A stretch of 64,000 bases of DNA from Azolla caroliniana (taxonomy: Eukaryota; Plantae; Polypodiophyta), in contig JBHGNT010000004.1 in assembly GCA_043228905.1 (NCBI GenBank), forward strand, positions 1,240,001-1,304,000. Reading direction: 5' to 3'. A program made the translations under genes and the position numbers. Of the stretch, positions 1-11,705 are shown piece by piece (within the stretch, counting starts at the first letter, position 1; the number at the start of each line of letters is the position of its first letter). The notes beneath the pieces are model-generated. The model did no database searches. It worked only from the letters and a program-made list of their open reading frames with translations, and was not told where the DNA came from.

Positions 1-2614
1 GGTGATTCCACCATCAACATGCGTCAATAGATGAAAACTTGGAGTCTTCATATGTGAATCATTAAATTGTGCAAATGTGCCTGAACTCTCTATTTGATCT
101 GATTCATTCTTGGACCCCAATTCATCATTGATGCCAAAGTATGATGCATTTGTTGACTGAACTTCTATGGGTAGTTTTTCGAAATTCCTCGACTGTGTAC
201 CTTGGCTTGGAGGTACTCGAATAACTTCAGGTCTTGGATTGCTGTTAGTCGAATCACAATCCCTAATTTGCCTTGTTGATAACTTTTCAGTATCACTTTC
301 CATTTCGCATGGAATTGGTGTTTGTCTAGTATTTGATATCTCATTAACTTTCGCATAGGAGAGAAATGCTGATGAACGAGCAATTTTGAGCTCTGTTTTC
401 TTAGGGCATGATGCAACCAGAGCTGCAAGAGCACAATGTTTTTTTTTCACTAGAATGCAATTTTGGTCAGTTGACCAAACTCAATAATTTAGCTATTTCT
501 CACCTTCTTTTGAAGAGGAAACTTCAGGATTACTCATGTCTAATGATATTCTCAAAGAAAGCTCCAGCTGTGGATTTCCCTCTGGCTGATAAAAATAGAG
601 ATTTTCAGCATATAAATAAAACTTTACATGCATATCACAACAATGTGATGCACTCTATAAAGAAATGCTCACTACAAAACACACAAACAATTGATAGGCA
701 GTCGTAATAAACAATAATAAACTGCTTATGAACGTATCAAGGTTTTGTAATTCATCATACCTCAACTCTACAAGGGACAAAGTTGCGTGCAGGTTCATCA
801 TCAAAATATTTGAGGTCATCCATATCGTCAGAAAGAATATTTGTACCATTTGTATTGTTGGATTCACTTGTTTCTGATACAATGAGATCGAAAGGAATCC
901 TTAATTTCTTGTTCAATGAGTGTTTCTCACTAAGCCCAAGCTGCATCCAAGCCAAAAGAAACTATTTAATGATGTAGTGGCCATGAATTGTGATAACGAA
1001 AGTCTTAGCAAGGGGTCTAATCTAAATCACCATTCGTCTCCTTCTCCAGGTATGAGTCCACAGATTAAGAAGCTCGTTCATCCGAAGTGGCTTCAACAGA
1101 TAATCAACAGCTCCCAAACTTAAGCACTTGACTATTAGACCCATTTCATCTCTTGTTGACATAACTGCAATGTAACTTCGGAATTAGTTCTTTTAGAGAA
1201 TTATCCATACATTGACACATGGAATTACTTCAACTTCAGGACAAACCAAAAAACTAAAGGGGAAAGAAAGAGAGGAAACCCTAGTGGTTGCTCTATGTAC
1301 ATCTCTCCTTCAATTATCCATTTAATCGCAGTTGTCCACGCAATCGTCCCACCATTCCCTTCTGAGAAAACCGATAGTTCTACCTCAGCCTGTAATTACT
1401 ACCCAATGTCCAACTAGCCACTAGCCATTTTCCACTCTCCTCAACACAATTACGTAAAGTACAATATAAACCGAACTAAGAGTAAATAGAGGCAAAAAAT
1501 GAAGGCCTTTAAGCCATAAGGTAAGATCTCTACGATGACTTATCAAGGCTGAGATGACCTACTTCCAACCGGATTGAGGCCAGCTACCAATATGGACAGT
1601 ACAATCTTGGTATACAACATATACACCGAAGTCACAAGCTTCTCCTCCTTTTTAGAAAAACCTTAGAATTGACCATAGGCAGCTCCATTAAATTTCTGAT
1701 GAGTTTACACTCAATGCCAAACTTTCTAAGATGACTGTTTCACACCTTTCTTTCATTAGATGGGCACTACATTTGTAAGCCTACTATGAGAGCTGAGGGC
1801 ATTTTTACTGAATTTCCAGAGAGTTTTCCCACTTTTGTACATCTTGTATCAAGGATCAGTTATGTTGGCCTCTCACGGATGGATGTATTATCAGATATTT
1901 ATTCTTTATTTTTCTTGTTTTCAGGAATTATATCAGATCTTACTGGATAGCATTGTTTGTCTCATTGGCCATTTTGGCTTTTTGAAGATGTTTAACATAA
2001 ACATTTCATTTCATTTCTATCTATCCACATGCATGTACAAACTCTTGCAAAATACCCATAGTAATACTCTAATTCACGAATACAAAATGCTGAAAGGTGC
2101 TTGATCACTTACTCACTATTGGAATGCGATGGAGTTGCTCTTTGCGAACGATGTGTTTTAACATCTTCAATCCTTTCTCCTTTGGCAGCTCAACCTCACT
2201 AAGAATGAGGTCAACTTCATAGCTACATGACCTCAAAACCTCCAATACTTGCCCTGCGCTTTTTACACAAGTAACTGCAACAAAGACTACCCTTTTCTTA
2301 ATGAAGTAAAAAAGGGTGTGCTTTATATATCTTTAGAGATGCACTCTTACTTTCTGAAAATAAATGGAAATTTGATCTTCAGGATTAGTTATAACTTATA
2401 ACCTATGGATTTGTCCATTGACACATTGACAAACTCAGATGCTTTTATCCGTACCTTGATACAAGCACTGTTGAAGGAGTTTCATTACATGAAGGCTTGA
2501 GTCTGGATCTTTATCACAAAGCAAAACATGAACTTTACTTCGATCCAGATTAGCATCAGATGTATCAGGAATGGCCTTATCACCTTCAGTACTTCCATCT
2601 TCACAATAATCCAT
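1..2614 (-). CDS. TOC1: Pseudo-response regulator, TOC1/PRR1 clade (circadian clock); 3'-partial, CCT domain lies outside the window
   Basis: Phase-consistent GT-AG exons 2614-2455, 2274-2113, 1164-1031, 940-761, 585-504 and 422-<1. They translate to LDRSKVHVLLCDKD...VTCVKSAGQVLEVL...LILSEVELPKEKGLKMLKHI...RIPIVIMST...GAVDYLLKPLRMNELLNLWTHTWRRRRMLGLSEK and PKKTELKIARSSAFLSYAK, which are TOC1-type motifs. The phospho-acceptor Asp is replaced by Glu. The start codon is uncertain (an in-frame ATG also sits at 2764). Confidence 0.92.
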
Positions 2615-3115
2615 GATACTTTTACCTTCACAGATGGTTAAAGAAAAAAGGCCCAAATCACGAAAGCTGAAAAATAACATCTTTAAATAGAATAGATCAT
2701 TAAAAGACGCATCGTTAGGAATGATATTATCACCATCAACATCCTCATCTTGACCATAGCCCATGAAACTAATGTCTTCATAGGTGATTGAATAAATAAG
2801 AAACAAAGTTTACAAAAGCCGAGAAATATCAAGAAAAGCATTAGATCTGTTAGGGACGGCCATCAATATCCCCATTTTCACGTTATCTCATGATAGTTAC
2901 CTTTCCCAGATGATTAACGGAAGAAGAACCAAGCCTCAATGGCATAAATAAACACTTTGTAATGGAAGAATCACCAACATACACATTGAAAAGCATCAGA
3001 CGTATCAGTAATGGCATCATCACCATCACTGGTCACATCTTTACAAGAACTCATAATGCTTCTACCTTCCAAAATGACTAAACAGAGAAGAACCAAGTCA
3101 CAAAAGCATAAACAC
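2555..3115 (-). repeat. Four degenerate ~130-165 bp tandem modules in the TOC1 leader, each a pyrimidine tract/AG plus ATG (ATGs at 2614, 2764, 2891, 3054)
   Basis: Visible similarity between units, e.g. tgtatcaggaatggccttatcacc..ccatgatacttttaccttcacagatggttaaaga vs cgtatcagtaatggcatcatcacc..tcataatgcttctaccttccaaaatgactaaaca. Peptides are MDYCEDGSTEGDKAIPDTSDA, MGYGQDEDVDGDNIIPNDA and MSSCKDVTSDGDDAITDTSDA. Confidence 0.8.
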
Positions 3116-3426
3116 CTTTTTAAAAAAAAGCATAAACGCGTATTGCAATCACCAAAATTTAAGGAAAGTTAGATTTCTTACCTGTGTATAGAGCAGAGCC
3201 TTCGAAAAGGAGAGATAGCAGAAAATTGAAAGACTCAAATTCTGCTCCGACGGTTTTAGGGATTTGGGTCTTTCGTCAAGAATCCATGGCGATCTCTTTT
3301 CTTTCCCTTCTAATAGTTCACTAACGTTAATTCACAAAAGAACAAGAGGGGAAGGGGGAGAAGAAGACGAAGAAGAAGAGGCTCTATCTCTGTGGCTGCT
3401 GTGTATTTTTAGGGTTTATCCATAGC

Positions 3427-3432
3427 CACGTG
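3427..3432. promoter_or_regulatory. G-box CACGTG in the TOC1 proximal promoter
   Basis: gcCACGTGac lies about 65 bp from the evening element. Confidence 0.5.
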
Positions 3433-3496
3433 ACTCAGAGAAAATGGAATTGATCTTTTTGCACTTTTCTTCTTCTTTCCTCTGCTTTCTTGGCTC

Positions 3497-3505
3497 AAAA
3501 TATCT
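3497..3505 (+). promoter_or_regulatory. Evening element AAAATATCT upstream of TOC1
   Basis: Exact 9-mer just upstream of the putative non-coding first exon (donor at 3180-3181). The evening element is the known CCA1/LHY/RVE site in angiosperm TOC1 promoters. Confidence 0.7.
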
Positions 3506-3667
3506 GCAATGCTGACTGGCCCTCGGATAAGCACTTTTTGGCCCCTTTCCATTCTACTCACTACTCACTTCAATAATTGTTCCACGCTCCATAGTACGCA
3601 ATATACTCGAATGCATGGGAAAGCATTCGTTTCCATACGAATTCAAACGAATGCGTATGTTACCGAA

Positions 3668-3866
3668 ACATATTTGTATACATAATTGAAAGTCATAGTC
3701 TCTCTACATACATGCATTCATTCATACATACATACATATTTGTATACATAATTGAAAGGCATAGTCTCTCTACATTCATTCATTCATACATATTTGTATA
3801 CATAATTGAAAGTTATAGTTTCTCTACATACATACATACATACATACATACATACATACATACATA
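3668..3866. repeat. Three ~55-65 bp tandem units (catatttgtatacataattgaaag...tctctacat) followed by a (TACA)n microsatellite
   Basis: Directly visible repeats. Confidence 0.8.
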
Positions 3867-5372
3867 GAATGTATACATACTACCCCCTTTACTCTCTCGG
3901 CCTTTCCTTTGCCCCCTTTGCCCAACAAATTGTTGGGCAATTGCACCCGAATGGCATGTAAGTAATGTATGTATATATGCATGTATGTATGCAAGTATGT
4001 ATTATATTTATGTATATATGCATGCATGTATTCTGTGTATGTATGTATGTATAATGTATGTATGGGCTTGAGCAAATATTAGAAGTGCATGGAAGATTTT
4101 CAATTGGCAACACATCACTATTGAGTAACATGGAAGGAAAAGTGCTTATTCAAGCAACGTCAACTAAGTTTCACAGCAAGACATATTGCTCAAGATTTAT
4201 AAACGATGGATGTTACAACATGGGACCATGATCCTAACGTTCAATTGTTGCAAAAACCTAACGAGGCCATTGTATAAGGGACAATACAATAGTGTGTCAC
4301 CATAGGAACTATATATTTAAGGTCAACGTTGTGCAAGTAGCTTGATTTTATTGTTAATTGTTTGCTCCAAATATATATAATATGTTATTGTTGTCATTAA
4401 CTTGATTCCATTATTGGATGTAATGTTTGGCCATGATTACTTAGGTTGCCTGTCAACAAAGATTTTCAATTGGCAACACATCACTATTGAGTAGCATGGT
4501 TCATTCTGTGAATTGTTTCCCAAAACACATAGACACCAACATGAAGACAATAAATCTTTTCTTCTTGTGCACAACATTACAATTGTCACTAGCAATTATG
4601 TTGACATTATATTTACCACACTATTATAAATTTTAGTTTTTGTGATTAGTTTGCTACAAAGCAATGGGTTTACAAGATGGACAATCACATATTGTCTAGG
4701 ATATAAAGACCGAGAACAATAACATTGCTTGGGTTAATTAGATTCAACTTACCTAGTTAGTTAGAAGTTGCTTAGTACTCATGATGGGCTTTAAAATGAC
4801 GATGCCAAAAGGCAAAATTTGCAACCACCTTGCATAAAAATGATGTGGAAGTGTATACTCCACAATCACTCAATCTTGGTTGACGTTCTATCGAGATTTT
4901 ATATTCAACAATTTTGGAAATAGAATTCTCCCAATGAAAACATCACTCAAAAACTAGGTTCATCAATTTTAAACAATCCTTTTAGCATTCTTGAAATTTT
5001 TTAAGGCTGTTAATCTCCACAATCACTCAATTTTCGTCAACAGTCTATCAAGGTACTAAAAATAGAAATCTAATGACATTAACAGTTTTGGAATCATAAC
5101 TCTCCCAATGAAACATCACGCAAAATCTGGGTTTATTATATCGAACGATTCTTTGAGCATTCTTGAAAATTTTAAATACCCTGCCAATAAGAACATCACA
5201 ACCCTCACAAGGATCGTAAAAATCTAGTGAGATCATGGCCAAATCAGCACTTTGCAGCATACTAAATTTCAGTAAAAATAAAAAATAAATGAACCCATTC
5301 CATATCTAATGACGGTGAAAAGTTAGAAATCTCTTCTACAAATTTCCTTACCAATACTCAATTGTTGATCCC

Positions 5373-5564
5373 TGATAGTGAGAAAAGGCCAAAAACATAA
5401 TTTCTTACTATTAAGCATAGGTATAAAAGCAATAGAAACGAGGGTTTCTGTGTGCCCCCAAAAAGTTGGTTTGTGTATTTTTCTCCGTCTGTGTGTTGTT
5501 CGACATTTTCTCTGCAGGTAAGGGAAAACAGCAGCTCGTCCGCCTCCATCGTTCCTCTCCAATA
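5373..5564 (+). repeat. 5' LTR (192 bp, TG...TA)
   Basis: Matches 9792-9981 with 3 substitutions and one 2-bp indel. The terminal CA reads TA here. Confidence 0.95.
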
Positions 5565-5565
5565 G

Positions 5566-5577
5566 TGGTATCAGAGC
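5566..5577 (+). other. Primer-binding site complementary to the 3' end of tRNA-iMet
   Basis: TGGTATCAGAGC directly after the 5' LTR. Confidence 0.93.
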
Positions 5578-6053
5578 GCAGGGATTCGTGAAGACTGCAT
5601 GTGGTAGAAAGCATCCGATTTCTTTGTTTTTCCCCCTCTGCGCATGTTATTTTTCCAGGACCTCGACAGAGATAATATCTAGTACACGTTTCTGTATGAA
5701 CATTCTTTGTGCCAATTTTTTTTTGGGAAAAGAAAATTAGACCTTTGGTGAAAGGTAGAAACAGAGAGGACTCATTGTTTCTAGTATACAGAAGAGAGGA
5801 TTTACACATAAAAACTTGTATTTGGTTTTTCCGATGCTTGCTCACTTGATGTGAGATTGTGACGTTGGAAGTTACATCTCGGCTACATTCCATCTGTCTT
5901 GGCTGATATAAGAGTGAGGTGTTGTCCTTAGTCGAACACACATACCTACCCTAGAACACAGTGATAGTTGTACTTGAGACTAGGTAGTGAGTAGTGTCTC
6001 AACTATCGTTAGTTGCTTAGATTTGGAATTGACTAAGTTTACCTACCATCCAA

Positions 6054-9000
6054 ATGGTTGCCTCTGAAATGTCCGAGGTTTCAAGTACCTCACGCAGTGG
6101 TTCCTTTAATTCCCATAGAAATCAATCTATGAGCGGAAAAGACCACCTTGAGATCCGTAAATTTGACGGATCCAACTTTGCCCTGTGGAAGAATCAGATG
6201 AGAGATGTCATGATTCAAAGAAGGCAATTAAGACCTATAAGTGGTGAAGCCAAGAGACCCAAGGGCATGACCAAGGACGATTGGGAAGAGCTTGATCTCT
6301 TGGCAATGTCTACCATAAGACTGCACCTAGCTGACAACGTGTATTTCACGATCTTGGACTGTGACTCAGCTGAAAAGCTATGGACTAAACTATCCAGTAC
6401 ATACGAAAAAGAGACTGCATCAAACAAAGTTTATCTAATGAGAAAAATTTATGATCTTCGAATGAAGGACAATGACAATGTCGCCTCTCATTTGAATGAT
6501 TTTGATGCATTATGGTCACAATTACTAGCTCAGAAAATGATTTTTGATGATGAGCTGAAATGTGTATTTTTATTATGCACTTTGCCTAGCTCATGGAACA
6601 TTTTTTGCACCGCTATTAGTGCTAGTGCACCAAATGGGAAATTAGTCTATAATGACATATGTGGAGCTCTTTTGGGTGAAGAAATTCGTAGAAAATCTAT
6701 GATTGCATCACACAATGGAGATGCATATAATGTTTCTGATGTTGGTCCTCGCAAGAACCAACACCGTGGTAGGAGCCAAACAAGAAATAGTAGTGGAAAT
6801 GATATAGGTAGAAGCAAATCTAGGAAGAAAAATATGGAGTGTCATTACTGTCATAAAAAGTGACACCTTAAGAAAGATTGTTATGCCCTAAAAAATAAGG
6901 AGAAAGATAATGCTAGAGGGCATGGTAGACAATCTAGTGGTCCTTCTTCCTCGATGGAAATAGAGGAAGTAAATGCAACATGTGATGAGACGGACATCTT
7001 GGTCTTAGATGATGTTAGCACACATGGGGTGAACATGGTCTTTTCCCCATCACATACGTGGTTGTTGGACTCCAGTGCATCATTTCATGTGACTCCACAT
7101 AGAGAGTGGTTCACATGTTATGAAGCCAAGGCACTTGGGAAAGTTCGACTTGGAGACTCACATCAGTGTGATGTGATTGGCATTGGAGATATCTCAATGC
7201 ATTTTAGTGATGGTTCTCATCTCACCATTAAAGATGTACGCCATGTTCCTCAACTAACTCGTAGTTTGATTTCCGTTGGTCAGCTAGAGGACAATGGATA
7301 TAAGGTGATATTTGCTTCTCAGTCCTTTCGTATAACGAAAGGAAATATGATTGTTGCAAAAGGGAACAAAGTTGGTTCCCTCTACCCTTTATTTGTTCAT
7401 CAAAAGGAACACTTGTTGGCTGTCATAGAACAACCAATGACGAGCATTTGGCATGGTCGTTTAGGTCACATGTCAAGAAATGGCATGGAAATCCTATCTC
7501 GTTATGGCCACTTACCTAAGTTGTCATTCTCTGATTTTGCTTTATGTGAACATTGTCAACATGGTAAGCAAACTAGAAGTGCACATAAGACCAGTGTTAA
7601 CTCATCCACTAAACCATTGGATCTTGTCCACACGGATGTTTGTGGACCTATGCCCACAAGATCTTTGGGCGGTGCACTATATTTTGTTACTTTCATTGAT
7701 GATGCCACTAGGAAAGTTTGGGCTTATCCAATTAAGGGAAAGGATGATGTATACCCCACTTTCAGAAATGGCTTAGTTCGGTTGAGCTGGAAAAGGACAT
7801 AAAGCTCAAGGCCTTACGTTCAGACAATGGAGGTGAGTATACCTCTCATGAATTTGATGACTTTTGTAAGTTTAGAGGCATTCAGAGAGAGTTTACAACT
7901 CCTTACACCCCTGTCCAAAATGGTGTGGCTGAGAGGATGAACAGAACCATCCAGGACAAAGTTGTCTCTATGCTACACCATGTAAACCTCTCGCAAGGTT
8001 TTTGGGAAGAAGCTATTTTAACAGCAGTCCATGTGATTAACCTATCACCGAACACAACCATAGGTCTAAAAGTGGCACAAGAGTTGTGGACAGGCAAGAC
8101 ACCTCATTATGCTCATCTTAGAGTTTTTGGATGCGAAGCATATGTACACATTCCAAAAACCTTAAGAAAGAAATTAGACTATAAATGAAGAAAATGTATA
8201 TTCCTTGGTTACGGAATTGATGGGCAGTTTGGATATCGCTTATGGGATCCTGACACACGTACTGTGGTCAGAAGTAGTGATGTTGTTTTTGATGAGAACA
8301 AAATGCATAAACAGACCGTAAAGGAGGTAGAAGTGAGAAAGGTTGCATTTAAAGATAGTACGCCTTTTGTTGATGTAAAACAGAAAAATCTTACTGATGT
8401 AGATGCTTCTACATGTGGGCAGTCACAAAAACCTGTTATTGGTCAGGATGAAGATGCCCAAAATGATGATGCTCAGCACAATGATGTGCAAGATGATGTT
8501 TATGCTCATAATGATGATGCTCAGAATGATGTTTCTCATGCACAACCTGATGGTATTCAGGTTCAGGAATCATTGAGGAGATCTACGTGTCTCCAAGGCA
8601 CCTAGTAAGTTTGTTGATTATGTAATGCTAACAGATGCCGGTGAGCCTTCATGTTACAATGAAGCCATATTTGTTCATGACCATACTAAATGGAAACAAG
8701 CCATGCAAAATGAATTGGATAGCATTTATAAAAATGGTACTTGGGATTTAGTACCTTTGCCAAAGGACAGGAAAGCATTGCCATGCAAATGGGTATACAA
8801 GTATAAGTATACATCTGATAGTGCTTCCCCAAAGTATAAAGCACGCTTGGTTGCCAAAGGTTTCAAACAAGAATATGGAATTGATTTTGATGAAACCTTT
8901 TCTCCTGTAGTTAAGATGACTACATTACGTATGTTGCTTTCATGGTTGCAAATCAGAATTTGGAACTTGTCCAAATGGATGTGAAGACTGCCTTCTTGCA

Positions 9001-9668
9001 TGGGGACCTTGATGAGGATATTTATATGGAACAACCAAAAGGTCATGGAGTATCGGGAAAAGAACATTTGGTATGTAAACTCAAGAAGAGTTTGTATGGG
9101 CTTAAGCAATCCCCGAGGTTATGGTACCAGAAATTCGATGCTTTTATGAAGGCTCAAGGATATATTAGAAGCAATGAGGATGCATGTCTTTATACAAAAA
9201 ACTGTTCAGATGGGAGTTTTATCACTTTGATATTATATGTTGATGACATGCTTATTGTTGGTAAAAACAAGGATGAGTTATCCTCGTTAAAGAAAAACTT
9301 GGGCTAGAACTTTGACATGAAGGATTTGGGAGATGCAAAACATATTCTTGGTATGCGTATCACTCGCGATAGGAGTATGTAAGGAAGCCGTATGGCTGTC
9401 TAGATTAGCTTGTGACATGGGCATATCTGAGCTTGTACCCATACTATTTTGTGATAGTCAGAGTGCCATTGCATTGGCTAAAAACCCAATATACCATGCA
9501 AAGACCAAGCACATTGGAGTGAGATATCACTTCATTCAAGAATGCATAGTTGCTGGCTACATCAATCTTGAGAAAGTTGTTTCTCAAGAAAATGCCACAG
9601 ATGCATTGACCAAAGCTCTACCGCATGAAGCACTAGAGCATTGCTACCACTTGATGGGGATTACTTAG
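6054..9668 (+). pseudogene. Disrupted copia gag-pol polyprotein
   Basis: Motifs: gag KFDGSNFALWK, zinc knuckle CHYCHKK*HLKKDC, protease WLLDSSASFH, integrase [68 protein letters not shown], RNase H LFCDSQSAI..TKHI. Stops at 6861, 8186 and 9305, frameshifts near 7760, 8590 and 8940, and an internal deletion near 9372. Confidence 0.93.
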
Positions 9669-9791
9669 GTCATGAGGTTACACATTGTTTCTTGTATATG
9701 GTGTAACATACTCATCAAGTAGGATGTGTTGGTCTTGTTCAATCTTCCCATCAGCTTTGCTGATCCCTTGTTTGGCCTTTTAGTGGGAGAT

Positions 9792-9981
9792 TGATAGTGA
9801 GAAAAGGCCAAAAACATAATTTCTTACTATTAAGCATAGGTATAAAAGCAATAGAAACGAGGGTTTCTGTGTGCCCCCAAAAAGTTGTTTTGTGTATTTT
9901 TCTGTCTGTGTGCTGTTCGACATTTTCTCTGCAGGTAAGGGAAAACAGCAGCTCGTCCGCCTCCATCGTTCCTCTCCAACA
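9792..9981 (+). repeat. 3' LTR (190 bp, TG...CA)
   Basis: Direct repeat of the 5' LTR, preceded by the PPT and followed by the TSD ATCCC. Confidence 0.95.
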
Positions 9982-10013
9982 ATCCCAAAATAAGAATGCT
10001 AACAAACATATAA

Positions 10014-11705
10014 TTATGTATGTAAGGTTGCTCGCATTGCATTGATCTTCATAGCCTCCTCCAACATGCCGGCATCAATGTAGATGTTAGACATTACAAT
10101 AAAGCATGTTACTTGTTTAGCATCTAATTTCAAAGCTCGATCAAAGGCATGCCTCGCAACATCAGCATTTCTCCATTTCTGACATGCAGCTAGGAGAACG
10201 TTCCAAGTTACAGTGTTTGGTTTAACAGGCATTTTCTCTATCCACGACAATGCATCCTGAAGTTGCCCAGCACGACCTAGTACATCGACCATACAATTAT
10301 AATGCTCTATTGTTGGTGGGATGTTATGCAATTCATACATGTCATTAAATAGATCTTGACCCTTGACAACAAGACCCGCATGACTACATGCTTTTAGAAC
10401 ACTAAGAAATACGACATGGTCCGGTTTAATCTTTTCATCCTTCATTCTTTCAAACAAATCGAGTGCATTCTTGCTCTCTCCCTTGTCGGCATGGCCAGCA
10501 ATAAGAGCGCTCCACGAGACTATATCTCGAACATGTAACTGGTTGAATATCCTCCATGCTTCCGAAAGTGAACCACACTTAGCATACATACAAACTAAGG
10601 TATTTCCAACCTCCATATTCCCATCAAACCCCTCTATACAAACATGAGCATGCACTTCCTGGCCAATATCAATATCTCCTGAGCTACCACAAGCTTTCAA
10701 GATGCACATATATGTGATATTGTTGGGAAGCACACCCTCAAGCCTCATCCTCTCTAATGATACAAATGCCTCTCGACTGAATCCATGTTTGGCATCTCCC
10801 ATGATAACCGATGTCCATGAAACCACATCACGAGTAATGATGTTTTCAAACACTTTCCAGGCATCTTTGGGCATGTCACACTTTACATACATATCTACCA
10901 GAGCATTTCCGAGGATGGAGTCTTTTTCTAACCCTAATTTGATGATCGCAGCATATATTTCTTGCCCAGCACCGCCAGAAGAAGTAGAAGTAGAAGCATT
11001 ACAACCACTTCGCAAGATGCTAAGAAGTGTTGTAGAGTTGGGAGAGACACCTTCACCTTGCATCAATTTGAAGCAATTTACCCCTTTTTCAATGAATCCA
11101 TTCTCAACATACCCAGTGATAAGGGCAGTCCATGTGACCACATCCCGGATTTGCAATTCATTGAAAACATCTTGTGCCTCTTCAAGAAATCCATACTTAG
11201 AATACATATGCACCAATGCAGTGCCAACGAAAGGATGTCTTTCTAGTCCTTCTTCAGCGACCTCGGCATGCAATTTCCTTCCTTTTTCCAACGAGTCAAC
11301 CACAACACAAGCGTGCAATAGGAACTGGAATGTGTAACTGTTGGGACAAACACCATCCTTCTTCATATCACAATATAATTCCAAGGCATGCTTACAATCA
11401 CCAGATTCGATAAATCCTCGAATAAGAAATGTCCATGAGTAATCGTTTCGGTATGTTAAGGTTCTGAACACTGTATGAGCATCATGAACACTACCACATT
11501 CAACAAACATTGCAACAAGGTGGCTTCCAAGTGCTTCTTCTACATCAAATTTAAAATTTTGGATGTGCTTATATACCATTTTCGCATACTCAAGCTTCTT
11601 CTTCTTTCTGCACATATTCAAGACATGGATAACATCTTTCAATGATGAGAATGACACACGACATGCCTTCCCTTTCAGCACAGCCAGTGCCTCCTCCAAG
11701 TTCAT
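10014..11705 (-). CDS. Pentatricopeptide repeat protein, PLS class with E-type C-terminus and no DYW domain
   Basis: Intronless 563-aa ORF with repeated P/L/S motifs (VGTALVHMYSKYG, RDVVTWTALITGY, PDHVVFLSVLKACSHAGLV, HYNCMVDVLGRAG). It ends with E-like motifs (TWNVLLAACQKW, FIVMSNIY). An AG acceptor at 11709-11710 lies 3 nt upstream of the ATG, so upstream exons are likely. Confidence 0.93.
   Translation of the reverse strand: MNLEEALAVLKGKACRVSFSSLKDVIHVLNMCRKKKKLEYAKMVYKHIQNFKFDVEEALGSHLVAMFVECGSVHDAHTVFRTLTYRNDYSWTFLIRGFIESGDCKHALELYCDMKKDGVCPNSYTFQFLLHACVVVDSLEKGRKLHAEVAEEGLERHPFVGTALVHMYSKYGFLEEAQDVFNELQIRDVVTWTALITGYVENGFIEKGVNCFKLMQGEGVSPNSTTLLSILRSGCNASTSTSSGGAGQEIYAAIIKLGLEKDSILGNALVDMYVKCDMPKDAWKVFENIITRDVVSWTSVIMGDAKHGFSREAFVSLERMRLEGVLPNNITYMCILKACGSSGDIDIGQEVHAHVCIEGFDGNMEVGNTLVCMYAKCGSLSEAWRIFNQLHVRDIVSWSALIAGHADKGESKNALDLFERMKDEKIKPDHVVFLSVLKACSHAGLVVKGQDLFNDMYELHNIPPTIEHYNCMVDVLGRAGQLQDALSWIEKMPVKPNTVTWNVLLAACQKWRNADVARHAFDRALKLDAKQVTCFIVMSNIYIDAGMLEEAMKINAMRATLHT

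Larger units (their letters stand above)
5373..9981 (+). mobile_element. Ty1/copia LTR retrotransposon, structurally bounded but coding-defective
   Basis: LTRs at 5373-5564 and 9792-9981, TSD ATCCC at 5368-5372 and 9982-9986, PBS TGGTATCAGAGC at 5566-5577 and PPT agtgggaga at ~9782-9790. Domain order is gag-PR-INT-RT-RNaseH. Confidence 0.97.

Noticed and set aside
5323-5941. Antisense ORFs over the copia LTR and leader (also 9751-10045)
   Set aside because: No recognisable domain. They recur only because the LTR is duplicated.
10702-11337. 211-aa ORF antisense to the PPR
   Set aside because: Shadow ORF of the coding strand with no motif.
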